In this document: piece by piece, positions 56,055-64,000 of the stretch | Layout of the letters: each line of letters opens with the position of its first letter | Position numbering within the stretch: the stretch's first letter is position 1 | The notes under the pieces: generated by a model | Told to the model about the DNA's origin: nothing | Database searches by the model: none | Seen by the model: the letters and a program-made list of their open reading frames with translations, nothing else | Position numbers and translations under genes: made by a program | Assembly: GCA_910587065.1 (NCBI GenBank) | Contig: CAJUMA010000005.1 | Location: 5,644 to 69,643, forward strand | DNA: 64,000 bases | Origin: an uncultured Bacilli bacterium | Lineage (GTDB): Bacteria > Bacillota_I > Bacilli_A > RF39 > UBA660 | Direction of reading: 5' to 3'

Positions 56055-57827
56055 TTATTTATTCATAAAATCAGTCAAGTATTTGCAAATATTTAAAGCA
56101 ACATTAGTAGGAACAATTTCTTCAAGTTCTTGAATACTTGCCTCACTCATCTTCTTAACACTGCCAAATCTCTTTATTAATTCTTTTTTACGTACCTCAC
56201 CAATACCTTCGATATTATCCAAAATTGAGGCAATTGAGCCTTTGCTTCTTAAAGTACGGTGATAGTTAATCGTGTATCTATGCACTTCATCTTGAATACG
56301 AGTCAAATAATGAAAGACATTGCTCATCTTATCAATTGGTATCAATTCTAAAGTATCACCATCTAATAGTTCATTTGTCCTATGTTTATCATTTTTAACC
56401 ATACCACAAACCTTTATTTTTTTATCTAACCCTAGCGACTCTAAAGTTTCCTTAATAGCGTGTACTTGCGTTATTCCACCATCAGCAAGAATCAAATCTG
56501 GAAGTTCACTATTTTCCATTAAAGCCCTATAATATCTTCTATAAGTAACTTCTTTCATTGTATGATAATCATCATTTACATCAACTGATACTTTATATTT
56601 CCTATAATCATTCTTACTAGGCTGCCCGTTTTTATATACAACCATTCCTGATACAGCAAAAGAGCCAAAAAGATTCGAGTTATCAAAAGAATCTATTCGA
56701 TGAATCTTCATATTTAATAGATTTTCAAGTTCTTCATTAGCTCCACTAGTTCTAATAATTTCTCGATTAATAGTTTCAAAATTATTTTTTAAACTAATAC
56801 GCGCATTTTCCCAAGCTAAATCAAGAAGTTTTTTCTTACTTCCCTTAGTAACTGTTATAACCTTAGTATTTAAAAGTTCACCAAGCATATCTAGATTAAG
56901 TTCACTGTTGGTAATTATTTCTCTAGGTATCTCGTTTTTCGAATAGAATTGCCCAATAAATGATTCGATATCATCAATATAATCATCGCTTACTGGCATA
57001 ATATTGTTCTTCTGACCTAGGAGCTTTCCGTTACGAACAAAAAAGAATTCAAGAGAAATAAAACCGTTTTCAAAATAATAATTTACAATATCACGATTAA
57101 CAAAATCATGTAATTCCACTTTCTGCTTTTCCATAATAATCTTAATATTATCGAGTTCACTTTTTAGTTCTAAGGCTACCTCATAATTCAAATTATTTGA
57201 GTGAAACTCAATTAATGACATAAGTTTGTTAATTAAGATATCATCATTACCATTAAGTATCTTCATTATTTCTTTTTCTATCTCATCAATTTTTTCTTTT
57301 GCAACATTTTTTACACAATAACCCAAACACTCATGTATGTGGTAATAAAGGCAAACTTCCCTCTTTGAACCTTCACATTTTTTTAAAGGATATAATCTAT
57401 TAATTAAATTAACCATACGCCTAGCTGCATAAGCATTAACATAAGGACCAAACAGATGCTTACCATTACTTTTTTTGACATGCAAATATCTTACAACTTT
57501 TAGAGTTGGATAAGGGTCTCTTTTATATTGAATATATGGATAACTTTTATCATCTCTTAATAAAATATTATATTTAGGATCAAATTTTTTAATTAAATTA
57601 AGTTCAAGAATAAAAGATTCAAGTTCTGATGATGTAACTATATATTCAAAATCGACAATTTCCGAAACTAATTTTTTTGTTTTACCAGTTACTCTGCCAG
57701 TGAAATAAGAAGTAAGACGATTTTTTAAATCTTTAGCCTTACCAACATAAATAATAACACCACTTTTATCCTTCATTTGATAACTTCCAGGCAAATGTGG
57801 AACTAATTCTAATTTTTCTTTTAGCAT
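56055..57827 (-). CDS. uvrC: excinuclease ABC subunit C
   Basis: GIY-YIG motif (GSYQMKDKSGVIIYVGKAKDLKNRLTSYF), UvrBC-interaction region, RNase H-like domain and C-terminal HhH. Start chosen at MLKEKLEL. Confidence 0.9.
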   Translation of the reverse strand: MLKEKLELVPHLPGSYQMKDKSGVIIYVGKAKDLKNRLTSYFTGRVTGKTKKLVSEIVDFEYIVTSSELESFILELNLIKKFDPKYNILLRDDKSYPYIQYKRDPYPTLKVVRYLHVKKSNGKHLFGPYVNAYAARRMVNLINRLYPLKKCEGSKREVCLYYHIHECLGYCVKNVAKEKIDEIEKEIMKILNGNDDILINKLMSLIEFHSNNLNYEVALELKSELDNIKIIMEKQKVELHDFVNRDIVNYYFENGFISLEFFFVRNGKLLGQKNNIMPVSDDYIDDIESFIGQFYSKNEIPREIITNSELNLDMLGELLNTKVITVTKGSKKKLLDLAWENARISLKNNFETINREIIRTSGANEELENLLNMKIHRIDSFDNSNLFGSFAVSGMVVYKNGQPSKNDYRKYKVSVDVNDDYHTMKEVTYRRYYRALMENSELPDLILADGGITQVHAIKETLESLGLDKKIKVCGMVKNDKHRTNELLDGDTLELIPIDKMSNVFHYLTRIQDEVHRYTINYHRTLRSKGSIASILDNIEGIGEVRKKELIKRFGSVKKMSEASIQELEEIVPTNVALNICKYLTDFMNK

Positions 57828-57926
57828 GTCCATCACCACCCCTATTATAACACAACAAATTTGGAGATTTTGTACAAATATGTTATAATTACAATACTTT
57901 ATAAGAAAACTATCAAGGGTGAATTT

Positions 57927-58280
57927 ATGAAACTAATAAATGAATATACATACACGATAAAAAAATCAAAATTTATCGGCCTTTACTACGAAGTATCAAC
58001 AATTGAAGAGGCCAATCTAATACTTAATAACTTAAAAAAAGAACATAAAAAAGCTCGTCACATACCTTATGCCTACAAGATTGGTGGGCTTGCTAAAAAA
58101 AGCGATGATAAAGAGCCCTCAAATACTGCAGGATCTCCAATCTATAACATGATAGAAAGGAAAAATTTAGACAACGTCTTGATTGTCGTAGTTAGATACT
58201 TTGGTGGAATTAAACTAGGTGCTGGTGGATTAACAAGAGCATACTTAGAAGCTGCAATAAAAGTTATAGATGAAGCATAA
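57927..58280 (+). CDS. IMPACT/YigZ family protein (N-terminal domain only)
   Basis: SKFIGLYYEV..ARHIPYAYKIG..DDKEPSNTAGSPI..VVVRYFGGIKLGAGGLTRAY; a TGTTATAAT extended -10 lies upstream. Confidence 0.65.
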   Translation: MKLINEYTYTIKKSKFIGLYYEVSTIEEANLILNNLKKEHKKARHIPYAYKIGGLAKKSDDKEPSNTAGSPIYNMIERKNLDNVLIVVVRYFGGIKLGAGGLTRAYLEAAIKVIDEA

Positions 58281-58319
58281 AAAGAAAATCACTTAATATA
58301 TATTATTAGGTGATTTTTT

Positions 58320-58661
58320 ATGAAAAAATATTTAACGTATATCCTACTTCCTTTTTTATCCATACTTATACTTGCAATTCTATTTAGCATTATAAATCTC
58401 TTTAGTATCGAAATCAATAAAATATTTTACACTATATTTATCATTATAATTATGCTTATAAGTGGAATTAATTTAGGACTTAAAATAAAAGACAAAGGAT
58501 ATTTAAAAGGTTTCGCATATGGAAATGCTATATTTCTAAGTATGTTTATCTTAAGTTTTATTTTAGGAAGTGAACATTCTTTATACAACATTATATACTA
58601 TGCTATCATAATTATTTCAACTACTCTTGGTACTATGATAGGCGTAAATAAAAAAGGATAA
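58320..58661 (+). CDS. small integral membrane protein (3-4 TM)
   Basis: AGGTGA RBS; hydrophobic. Confidence 0.45.
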   Translation: MKKYLTYILLPFLSILILAILFSIINLFSIEINKIFYTIFIIIIMLISGINLGLKIKDKGYLKGFAYGNAIFLSMFILSFILGSEHSLYNIIYYAIIIISTTLGTMIGVNKKG

Positions 58662-58676
58662 AATTATAAGATAATC

Positions 58677-59984
58677 TTATCCATTTAAATTATTATCTTG
58701 TATATCTTGATTATTATCAGTTTTTACTATGTTTTCTTTCGCCTCACTAGTTTGTTCCCATGGTTGTAAAGGAACATTTGAGTTTTCCGTAACTAAAGTT
58801 TCTGCTGTTTTATCAACATTAAACTCAGCATTTAAACTACCTGTTTCTAAAGAAGAATAAGGTCTTAAAGAAACATTGGAATTACCATTATCCTGCAACT
58901 CCGATTTTACGAAAGCATTTCCTTTATTTTTCTTAATTATATAAATTAAGCCCGCTAAGGTTATGCCTGATAAACTTAAACAAAGAATTCCTATCAGTGG
59001 TCGATAAATCAACCAAGAAATACCAATAATTATAAATGATAAACAGGCACCAGAAAGCAAAGCCATCAAAGATACAATTCCGCTAATTTTCTTTCCAACA
59101 ATGGGAATAATATTAAGTATCCTATTCACAGGAGAAATTAATCCAGCACATCCAAAACTAATTAGAACTATTCCAGCAATTCTTAAAATCCATTTTAAGG
59201 TATTATTACCTGATTCTAATTTTTTTATTAATTCATCTCCGGATACAATACCGCTTGAAGTCATATAAATAGACTTACCTTGCTTACTTATATAATCAAC
59301 CAGTGTATTTTTCTCTTGCTTAGCCACAATAGAAAACTCGTTCGAATTTACAATTTTATAACTAATTCTAATATCACCGATTTCGGGAGACTTTAAATCA
59401 TTACTGTTAGTTATATAATTATTCTGTAAAGAATAACCTATTGGTAAATCACTGCTAGTTATTAAAACATCTTCATTAGTATTTACTTGTCTTAAGTTAT
59501 CATTGGAAATAAGATAATCGCCAAGTTTTACATCATCAGCATAGATAACCAAATTATCATAAGGGATAGAAGAAGGATTTTCATAAGTTTCATCTTCAAA
59601 AAGACTAGAGTTAATCATTCTTGAACTCCATACTTTTTTATAACGATGTTTATCATTATTATCAGAGCCATTTTCTTCTTTCCACTGATACATTTCAACA
59701 AGTCTTTTCATCTTATAAGTCTTTTTGCCTGAGTAAACACCAAAAACAGAATCATACAAGTATTCATTTTCATAGGATAACTTACCATTTAAAGCTACCA
59801 AAGTTCCGTCATTTGCCTTATTTATCGGTGAAACGCTCGCTAAAACTAATACATCTCTGGCTTCATCGATAGATTTAATATTCTTAACATTATTTCCTTC
59901 ATTAAAGAAAAGAACACAAATTCCTATTATAAGAAATAGTATACCTAAAATAATTCCGCCAAAAAAACTTCTTACTGCTTTCAT
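58677..59984 (-). CDS. hypothetical membrane protein: N-terminal TM, large external domain, C-terminal multi-TM block and Asn/Gln-rich tail
   Basis: TM segments at the N-terminus and at about residues 270-350. Confidence 0.5.
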   Translation of the reverse strand: MKAVRSFFGGIILGILFLIIGICVLFFNEGNNVKNIKSIDEARDVLVLASVSPINKANDGTLVALNGKLSYENEYLYDSVFGVYSGKKTYKMKRLVEMYQWKEENGSDNNDKHRYKKVWSSRMINSSLFEDETYENPSSIPYDNLVIYADDVKLGDYLISNDNLRQVNTNEDVLITSSDLPIGYSLQNNYITNSNDLKSPEIGDIRISYKIVNSNEFSIVAKQEKNTLVDYISKQGKSIYMTSSGIVSGDELIKKLESGNNTLKWILRIAGIVLISFGCAGLISPVNRILNIIPIVGKKISGIVSLMALLSGACLSFIIIGISWLIYRPLIGILCLSLSGITLAGLIYIIKKNKGNAFVKSELQDNGNSNVSLRPYSSLETGSLNAEFNVDKTAETLVTENSNVPLQPWEQTSEAKENIVKTDNNQDIQDNNLNG

Positions 59985-60062
59985 ACACCCACACTCCTAA
60001 CTTAATAATATCATGAAAATTAGAATACTTGCAGAAAATTCCTTATACCCAATAAAATTTTA

Positions 60063-60090
60063 CAAAAAAAAGGACAACTATTTGTCCTTT
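60063..60090 (-). terminator. rho-independent terminator of the relA-dtd operon
   Basis: Minus-strand AAGGACAA-ATAG-TTGTCCTT hairpin followed by a U7 tract; the dtd stop codon lies in the loop. Confidence 0.55.
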
Positions 60091-60521
60091 GAGTCAATTA
60101 TTATAGTAACGGGTCCATCATTAATAATGGTCACTTCCATATCCGCCCCAAAAACCCCTGGTAATGTTGGTACAAATTCATTAAGTCTTCTATTAAATTC
60201 TTCATACAAATTTAAAGCAGATTCTCCATTCATTGCATTAACATAACTTGGCCTATTACCTTTTTTCGTATCGGCCTGTAATGTAAACTGCGAAATGGAA
60301 AGAATTTTACCACCACAGTCTAATATTGATTTATTCATAACACCTTCTTCATCATCAAAAATTCTTAAATTTACAATTTTATGTACTAAATATTCAATAT
60401 CATCTACGGTATCATTAACATTAATTCCAACTAATATATTAAATCCTTCATCTATTTCATTAATAAGTTTTCCTGCCACTTTAACACTACTGTTCTTAAC
60501 TCTTTGAATTAATGCTTTCAT
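60078..60521 (-). CDS. dtd: D-aminoacyl-tRNA deacylase
   Basis: SQFTLQAD motif and GPVT near the C-terminus; immediately follows relA as in Bacillus. Confidence 0.85.
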   Translation of the reverse strand: MKALIQRVKNSSVKVAGKLINEIDEGFNILVGINVNDTVDDIEYLVHKIVNLRIFDDEEGVMNKSILDCGGKILSISQFTLQADTKKGNRPSYVNAMNGESALNLYEEFNRRLNEFVPTLPGVFGADMEVTIINDGPVTIIIDSKDK

Positions 60522-62675
60522 TTAAGACCTCCTAACATCTTCCACAAAAGGAAGTGTTTTAATCTCGTCAATAAATAAATCTAAATCATCTTTATTGTGA
60601 ACCTTAACTAACATATCATAATAGGTAACGCCATTTTTATTAAGCTCATTTATGCTACTCACAGAAACATTTCTTAAAGTAGCCTTAGTAACAATATCTA
60701 AGACACTATTGTTTAACCCATTTGTTATTAAAGTCATCTTAGAAACATATTGTTTCATATCATCACTTTTAGTTAGATTCCATGAAACATCTATTAATCT
60801 TGTACTAACATTTTTAATATTTTGACAAGTTGCCCTATGAACTGTAATACCTTGCCCTTTTGTTATATATCCAACAATATCTTCACCAAATACAGGTTTA
60901 CAACAACTAGCTAAATTAACCAATATATCATCACATCCAGAAACAATTATATCATTTTTATAATTTGTCTTAAAAACATTTGTATTATTCATTATTTTAT
61001 CAATTAATAAATCTTGAACATTTCTTTTATCTTCAAATAAGAGGTTTGCTATATATAGAGGAGTATATCTTAAAGAACCAATTGATAAATAGACTTCATC
61101 AAAGCTTCCTAATTTCAAATCTTTAAGAACTTTATCTTGATGATCATCTGTCAAAGCATCTTGAATACTTAGTTTCTGTCTTCTTAACTCTCTTTCTAAT
61201 AATTCTTTACCTCGAGTAATATATTCCTCTTTGTCTTTCTTAGAAAAATATGCTTTTATTTTACTTTTGGCTGCTGTCGTTTTAACAAAATTTATCCAGT
61301 CCTTATTAGGAGTGGAGTTTTTATCTGTCATTATCTTGATAATATCATTATCATTAAGTTTGTAATCAAGTGGTACCATTTGATCGTTTACAATTGCTCC
61401 TACAGTCGTATCTCCAACTTTTGAGTGAATTCGATATGCAAAATCAATTGGTGTAGAACCGTTTGGCAACTCAACTACATCTCCTTTAGGAGTAAATACA
61501 TAAATCGAAGAAGAAAGCAACTCTTGTTCAATATTATCAACAAAAGCATCATCATCCGTTAATTCATCAGAATTAGCCTCGATTGTATTTCTAAACATTT
61601 GCAATTTTTGTTCCATAACACTTTGAATCTGGCGAGAATTCTTTTCTTTATAAGACCAGTGAGAAGCAACGCCATGTTCTGCTATTTCATTCATCTCTTT
61701 AGTACGAACTTGTACCTCTATGGGATAGCCATTTATACCAAATACTCCTGTGTGTAAGGACTGATATGAATTTCCTTTTGGCATCGCGATATAGTCTTTA
61801 AACCTTTTAGGAATTGGTCGATAAAGTGAATGTATAAGCCCAATTATCATATAACATTCGCTTTCTTCTTCACAAATGATTCTTATTCCCAAAATATCAT
61901 AAATATCTCCCCATTTTTTACCATTTGATAATTTGTTATATAAAGAGGAAACTGATTTTACACGTCCTTTTATCTCAAATTTTATATTGTTATCACGAAG
62001 CAACTCTACAATTTGTTCAATCATCTCATTTAAAATACTTTCAAGTTCTTCTCTTGGTGCTGGTAGTTCAGCTTCAATATCTGTATATATTTCTGGTTTT
62101 AAATATCTAAAACTTAAATCTTCAAGCTCACTTTTTAATTGATTGATTCCAAGCCTATGGGCAATTGGAATTAAAACATTCCATGTTTCTAGAGCTTTCT
62201 GTTTTTGTTTTTCTTTACTTAGCCCTTCATTAGTTCTCAAATTATGTACTCGGCCTGCAAGCTTCAAAATGATTACTCGAACATCTTCTGATAACGCAAC
62301 CAACACTTTCCTTAAATATAAGGAAGATGACTCAGAAGCATCAAGAAGATGAAGTCTATTGACTTTAGTTAATGATACTACAATACTTTTTACATCATCA
62401 CCAAAAAGTTCTCCTAACTCATCAAAACTTGAAGAACCATGATCAACAGTTTCATGAACCAATGCAGCAATAACGGTTTCAGCATCAACATTTAAATTAG
62501 CAACGATTGTCGCAACTTCTATAGGATGGACTAAATAAACCTCTCCATTCTTTCTAAACATTCCTTCATGCTCTTTAGAAGCAAATTCAATTGCTTTATT
62601 AATGCGTTCCATTTCCTTTTCTGTATATCTATTATCTTGACATAAAGAGATTAATGTATTAATCTTTTCTTCCAT
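60522..62675 (-). CDS. relA: bifunctional (p)ppGpp synthetase/hydrolase RelA/SpoT family
   Basis: HD domain (HPIEVA), synthetase domain, TGS and ACT domains; 717-720 aa. Confidence 0.9.
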   Translation of the reverse strand: MEEKINTLISLCQDNRYTEKEMERINKAIEFASKEHEGMFRKNGEVYLVHPIEVATIVANLNVDAETVIAALVHETVDHGSSSFDELGELFGDDVKSIVVSLTKVNRLHLLDASESSSLYLRKVLVALSEDVRVIILKLAGRVHNLRTNEGLSKEKQKQKALETWNVLIPIAHRLGINQLKSELEDLSFRYLKPEIYTDIEAELPAPREELESILNEMIEQIVELLRDNNIKFEIKGRVKSVSSLYNKLSNGKKWGDIYDILGIRIICEEESECYMIIGLIHSLYRPIPKRFKDYIAMPKGNSYQSLHTGVFGINGYPIEVQVRTKEMNEIAEHGVASHWSYKEKNSRQIQSVMEQKLQMFRNTIEANSDELTDDDAFVDNIEQELLSSSIYVFTPKGDVVELPNGSTPIDFAYRIHSKVGDTTVGAIVNDQMVPLDYKLNDNDIIKIMTDKNSTPNKDWINFVKTTAAKSKIKAYFSKKDKEEYITRGKELLERELRRQKLSIQDALTDDHQDKVLKDLKLGSFDEVYLSIGSLRYTPLYIANLLFEDKRNVQDLLIDKIMNNTNVFKTNYKNDIIVSGCDDILVNLASCCKPVFGEDIVGYITKGQGITVHRATCQNIKNVSTRLIDVSWNLTKSDDMKQYVSKMTLITNGLNNSVLDIVTKATLRNVSVSSINELNKNGVTYYDMLVKVHNKDDLDLFIDEIKTLPFVEDVRRS

Positions 62676-62958
62676 AATTATCACTTTCCTCGTATTTTTT
62701 TATAATATAATCGGCATAAAGCTTGCTATCAGTATTCAAAATATCATTTACAATGCTAGCAAGAGTAAGCCCTTTTACTTTTCGCCAAGTAAATTCTTTA
62801 TGATACTCCCAAAGATCAATTTCTCGTACAAACCTAATGCCCTCTCTTGCCATTTCATTTTTCTTTGTTTTAAGAGCAGGTAAAACCTTTAAATAAAGTT
62901 CATTTTGACTAGTAAATCTATTTTCCATAATATCACCATAATATTTCTTTAGTATCAA
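62659..62958 (-). CDS. hypothetical small protein (99 aa) upstream of relA
   Basis: ORF only; overlaps the relA start. Confidence 0.4.
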   Translation of the reverse strand: MILKKYYGDIMENRFTSQNELYLKVLPALKTKKNEMAREGIRFVREIDLWEYHKEFTWRKVKGLTLASIVNDILNTDSKLYADYIIKKYEESDNYGRKD

Positions 62959-63005
62959 TCATATATAATTATATAACAAAAAACAGCAACTTTAAAGGAG
63001 AATAC

Positions 63006-64000
63006 ATGAAAAATATATTTCTTAAGTCAACCCTAATTTTATTATTTGGAGTAATGATTTCTAAATTACTTGGATTCTTTATAAAAATAATCTTAGTTAG
63101 AATTATTGGTGATGGAATAAATATATACTCCCTTATTATGCCAACATATTCCCTGTTGATTGCGATAACTCAGCTTGGTCTTCCCTATGCCATTTCTTGT
63201 ATTATGGCTAAAAATAATAACCGAGGAATACATATAATAGCAAGTATTATACCTATAACCCTTCTATTTAACGCGATCATTATTGGGCTTATAATTGCCT
63301 TTGCCCCATTTCTTTCAAATACCTTACTAAAAAACCCTGACACTTATTACCCCATTATTTCTATATGTTTCGTCTTACCATTCACTAGTATCTCAGGCAT
63401 AATTAAAGGCTACTATTTTGGTAAACAAAATATGCTTCCTAATTCCATAAGTACAATAATAGAACAAGTAGTAAGAATGATTTTACTAATAACGGTCATC
63501 CCATTATTATTAAAAATATCAACAACGGCGGCTGTATCTGGCTATATAATTGCCTCAGCTATATCTGAAATAGCTCAAATAATTGTTTATTTATTCTTCG
63601 CTCCCAAAAATTTAAGTATAACATTATCCGATTTAAAAATACGTGTTCCTTTAATGAACGAACTTCTTTCTATTTCTATTCCTAATCTTTCTGGGCGCCT
63701 TATCGGAAATATTTGCTATTTTTTTGAACCAATAATTTTAACAAATATATTGATATTTGTTGGATATTCCACCAACTACATTCAAGGCGAATATGGTGTC
63801 TATAATGCCTATGTAATACCTATACTTACTATGCCTGCATTTATCTCTCTAGCTATGAATTCAACACTAGTTCCCGAAGTATCCAAAAATTATAAAAACA
63901 AAGGATACTTAAGAAGATTACTAAAAAGATGTCTTCTATTCTCTTTCCTAATTGGAATAGTTTACTGTATATTCTTATATTTTAGAGGGAGTTTTCTACT
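63006..64000 (+). CDS. 5'-partial-to-end MOP-superfamily flippase (polysaccharide/lipid II flippase, SpoVB/MurJ/Wzx-like), continues past window end
   Basis: ATG at 63006 after AAAGGAG; open to the window edge; repeated TM helices with the MOP-family pattern. Absent from the ORF track because no stop lies in the window. Confidence 0.6.
   Translation, partial: MKNIFLKSTLILLFGVMISKLLGFFIKIILVRIIGDGINIYSLIMPTYSLLIAITQLGLPYAISCIMAKNNNRGIHIIASIIPITLLFNAIIIGLIIAFAPFLSNTLLKNPDTYYPIISICFVLPFTSISGIIKGYYFGKQNMLPNSISTIIEQVVRMILLITVIPLLLKISTTAAVSGYIIASAISEIAQIIVYLFFAPKNLSITLSDLKIRVPLMNELLSISIPNLSGRLIGNICYFFEPIILTNILIFVGYSTNYIQGEYGVYNAYVIPILTMPAFISLAMNSTLVPEVSKNYKNKGYLRRLLKRCLLFSFLIGIVYCIFLYFRGSFL

Noticed and set aside
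59621-60507. Plus-strand ORFs 59621..59872, 60013..60246 and 60295..60507
   Set aside because: Antisense to the 435-aa membrane protein and to dtd
61925-62352. Three plus-strand ORFs (61-69 aa) inside relA
   Set aside because: Antisense to the RelA/SpoT gene; no RBS; low complexity
1-64000. Search for CRISPR arrays, tRNA/rRNA genes, IS elements, integrase-flanked islands or prophage blocks
   Set aside because: No regularly spaced direct repeats, no cloverleaf-compatible GC-rich 75-90 nt segments, no transposase or phage structural genes. The single XerC/D recombinase sits in housekeeping context with RarA and looks chromosomal.

Overview
The window is 64 kb of a very AT-rich (roughly 28-30% GC), gene-dense, low-GC Gram-positive (Firmicutes-type) chromosome with standard genetic code (TGA is not read through). 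About 70 protein genes are supported. Most are housekeeping and show Bacillus-like synteny: dnaG-rpoD-trmK, and rpsU-yqeY-yqfC-yqfD-(vanZ)-ybeY-era-(insert)-yqzL-recO. Other recognised genes are lepA, hemW, frr, mnmA, efp, rpmG, pbp2, uvrC, dtd, relA, rarA, tcdA, xerC/D, nfo, pdp, a short alaS and a ZIP transporter. The sporulation genes yqfC/yqfD, together with PBP2 and a SEDS protein, indicate a walled lineage that forms endospores or derives from one; Erysipelotrichia-like is a guess only. No rRNA, tRNA, CRISPR array, IS element or prophage was recognised. The accessory content worth a second look is: (1) a GC-rich structured-RNA candidate of about 160 nt upstream of tcdA with a 14-bp RNA-type closing helix and competing terminator/antiterminator hairpins, possibly a 6S-like or riboswitch-like RNA; (2) a HerA-like ATPase plus an uncharacterised 299-aa partner embedded in housekeeping context; (3) a type IV pilin-signal adhesin with Listeria-Bacteroides-repeat and cadherin-like domains plus a second pilin, each with a near-consensus promoter, the first promoter carrying a T8 tract in its spacer; (4) an orphan ClpX-like AAA+ protein with a novel N-domain; (5) an orphan degenerate RnfC/RnfD-like pair; (6) an 860-bp non-coding region full of CCCCTACT/AGTAGGGG hairpin repeats, a G8 tract and mini-ORFs next to an HTH regulator; (7) a 5'-truncated gene remnant inserted between lepA and hemW. 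All product calls come from motif-level reading of the translations. No database search was possible.
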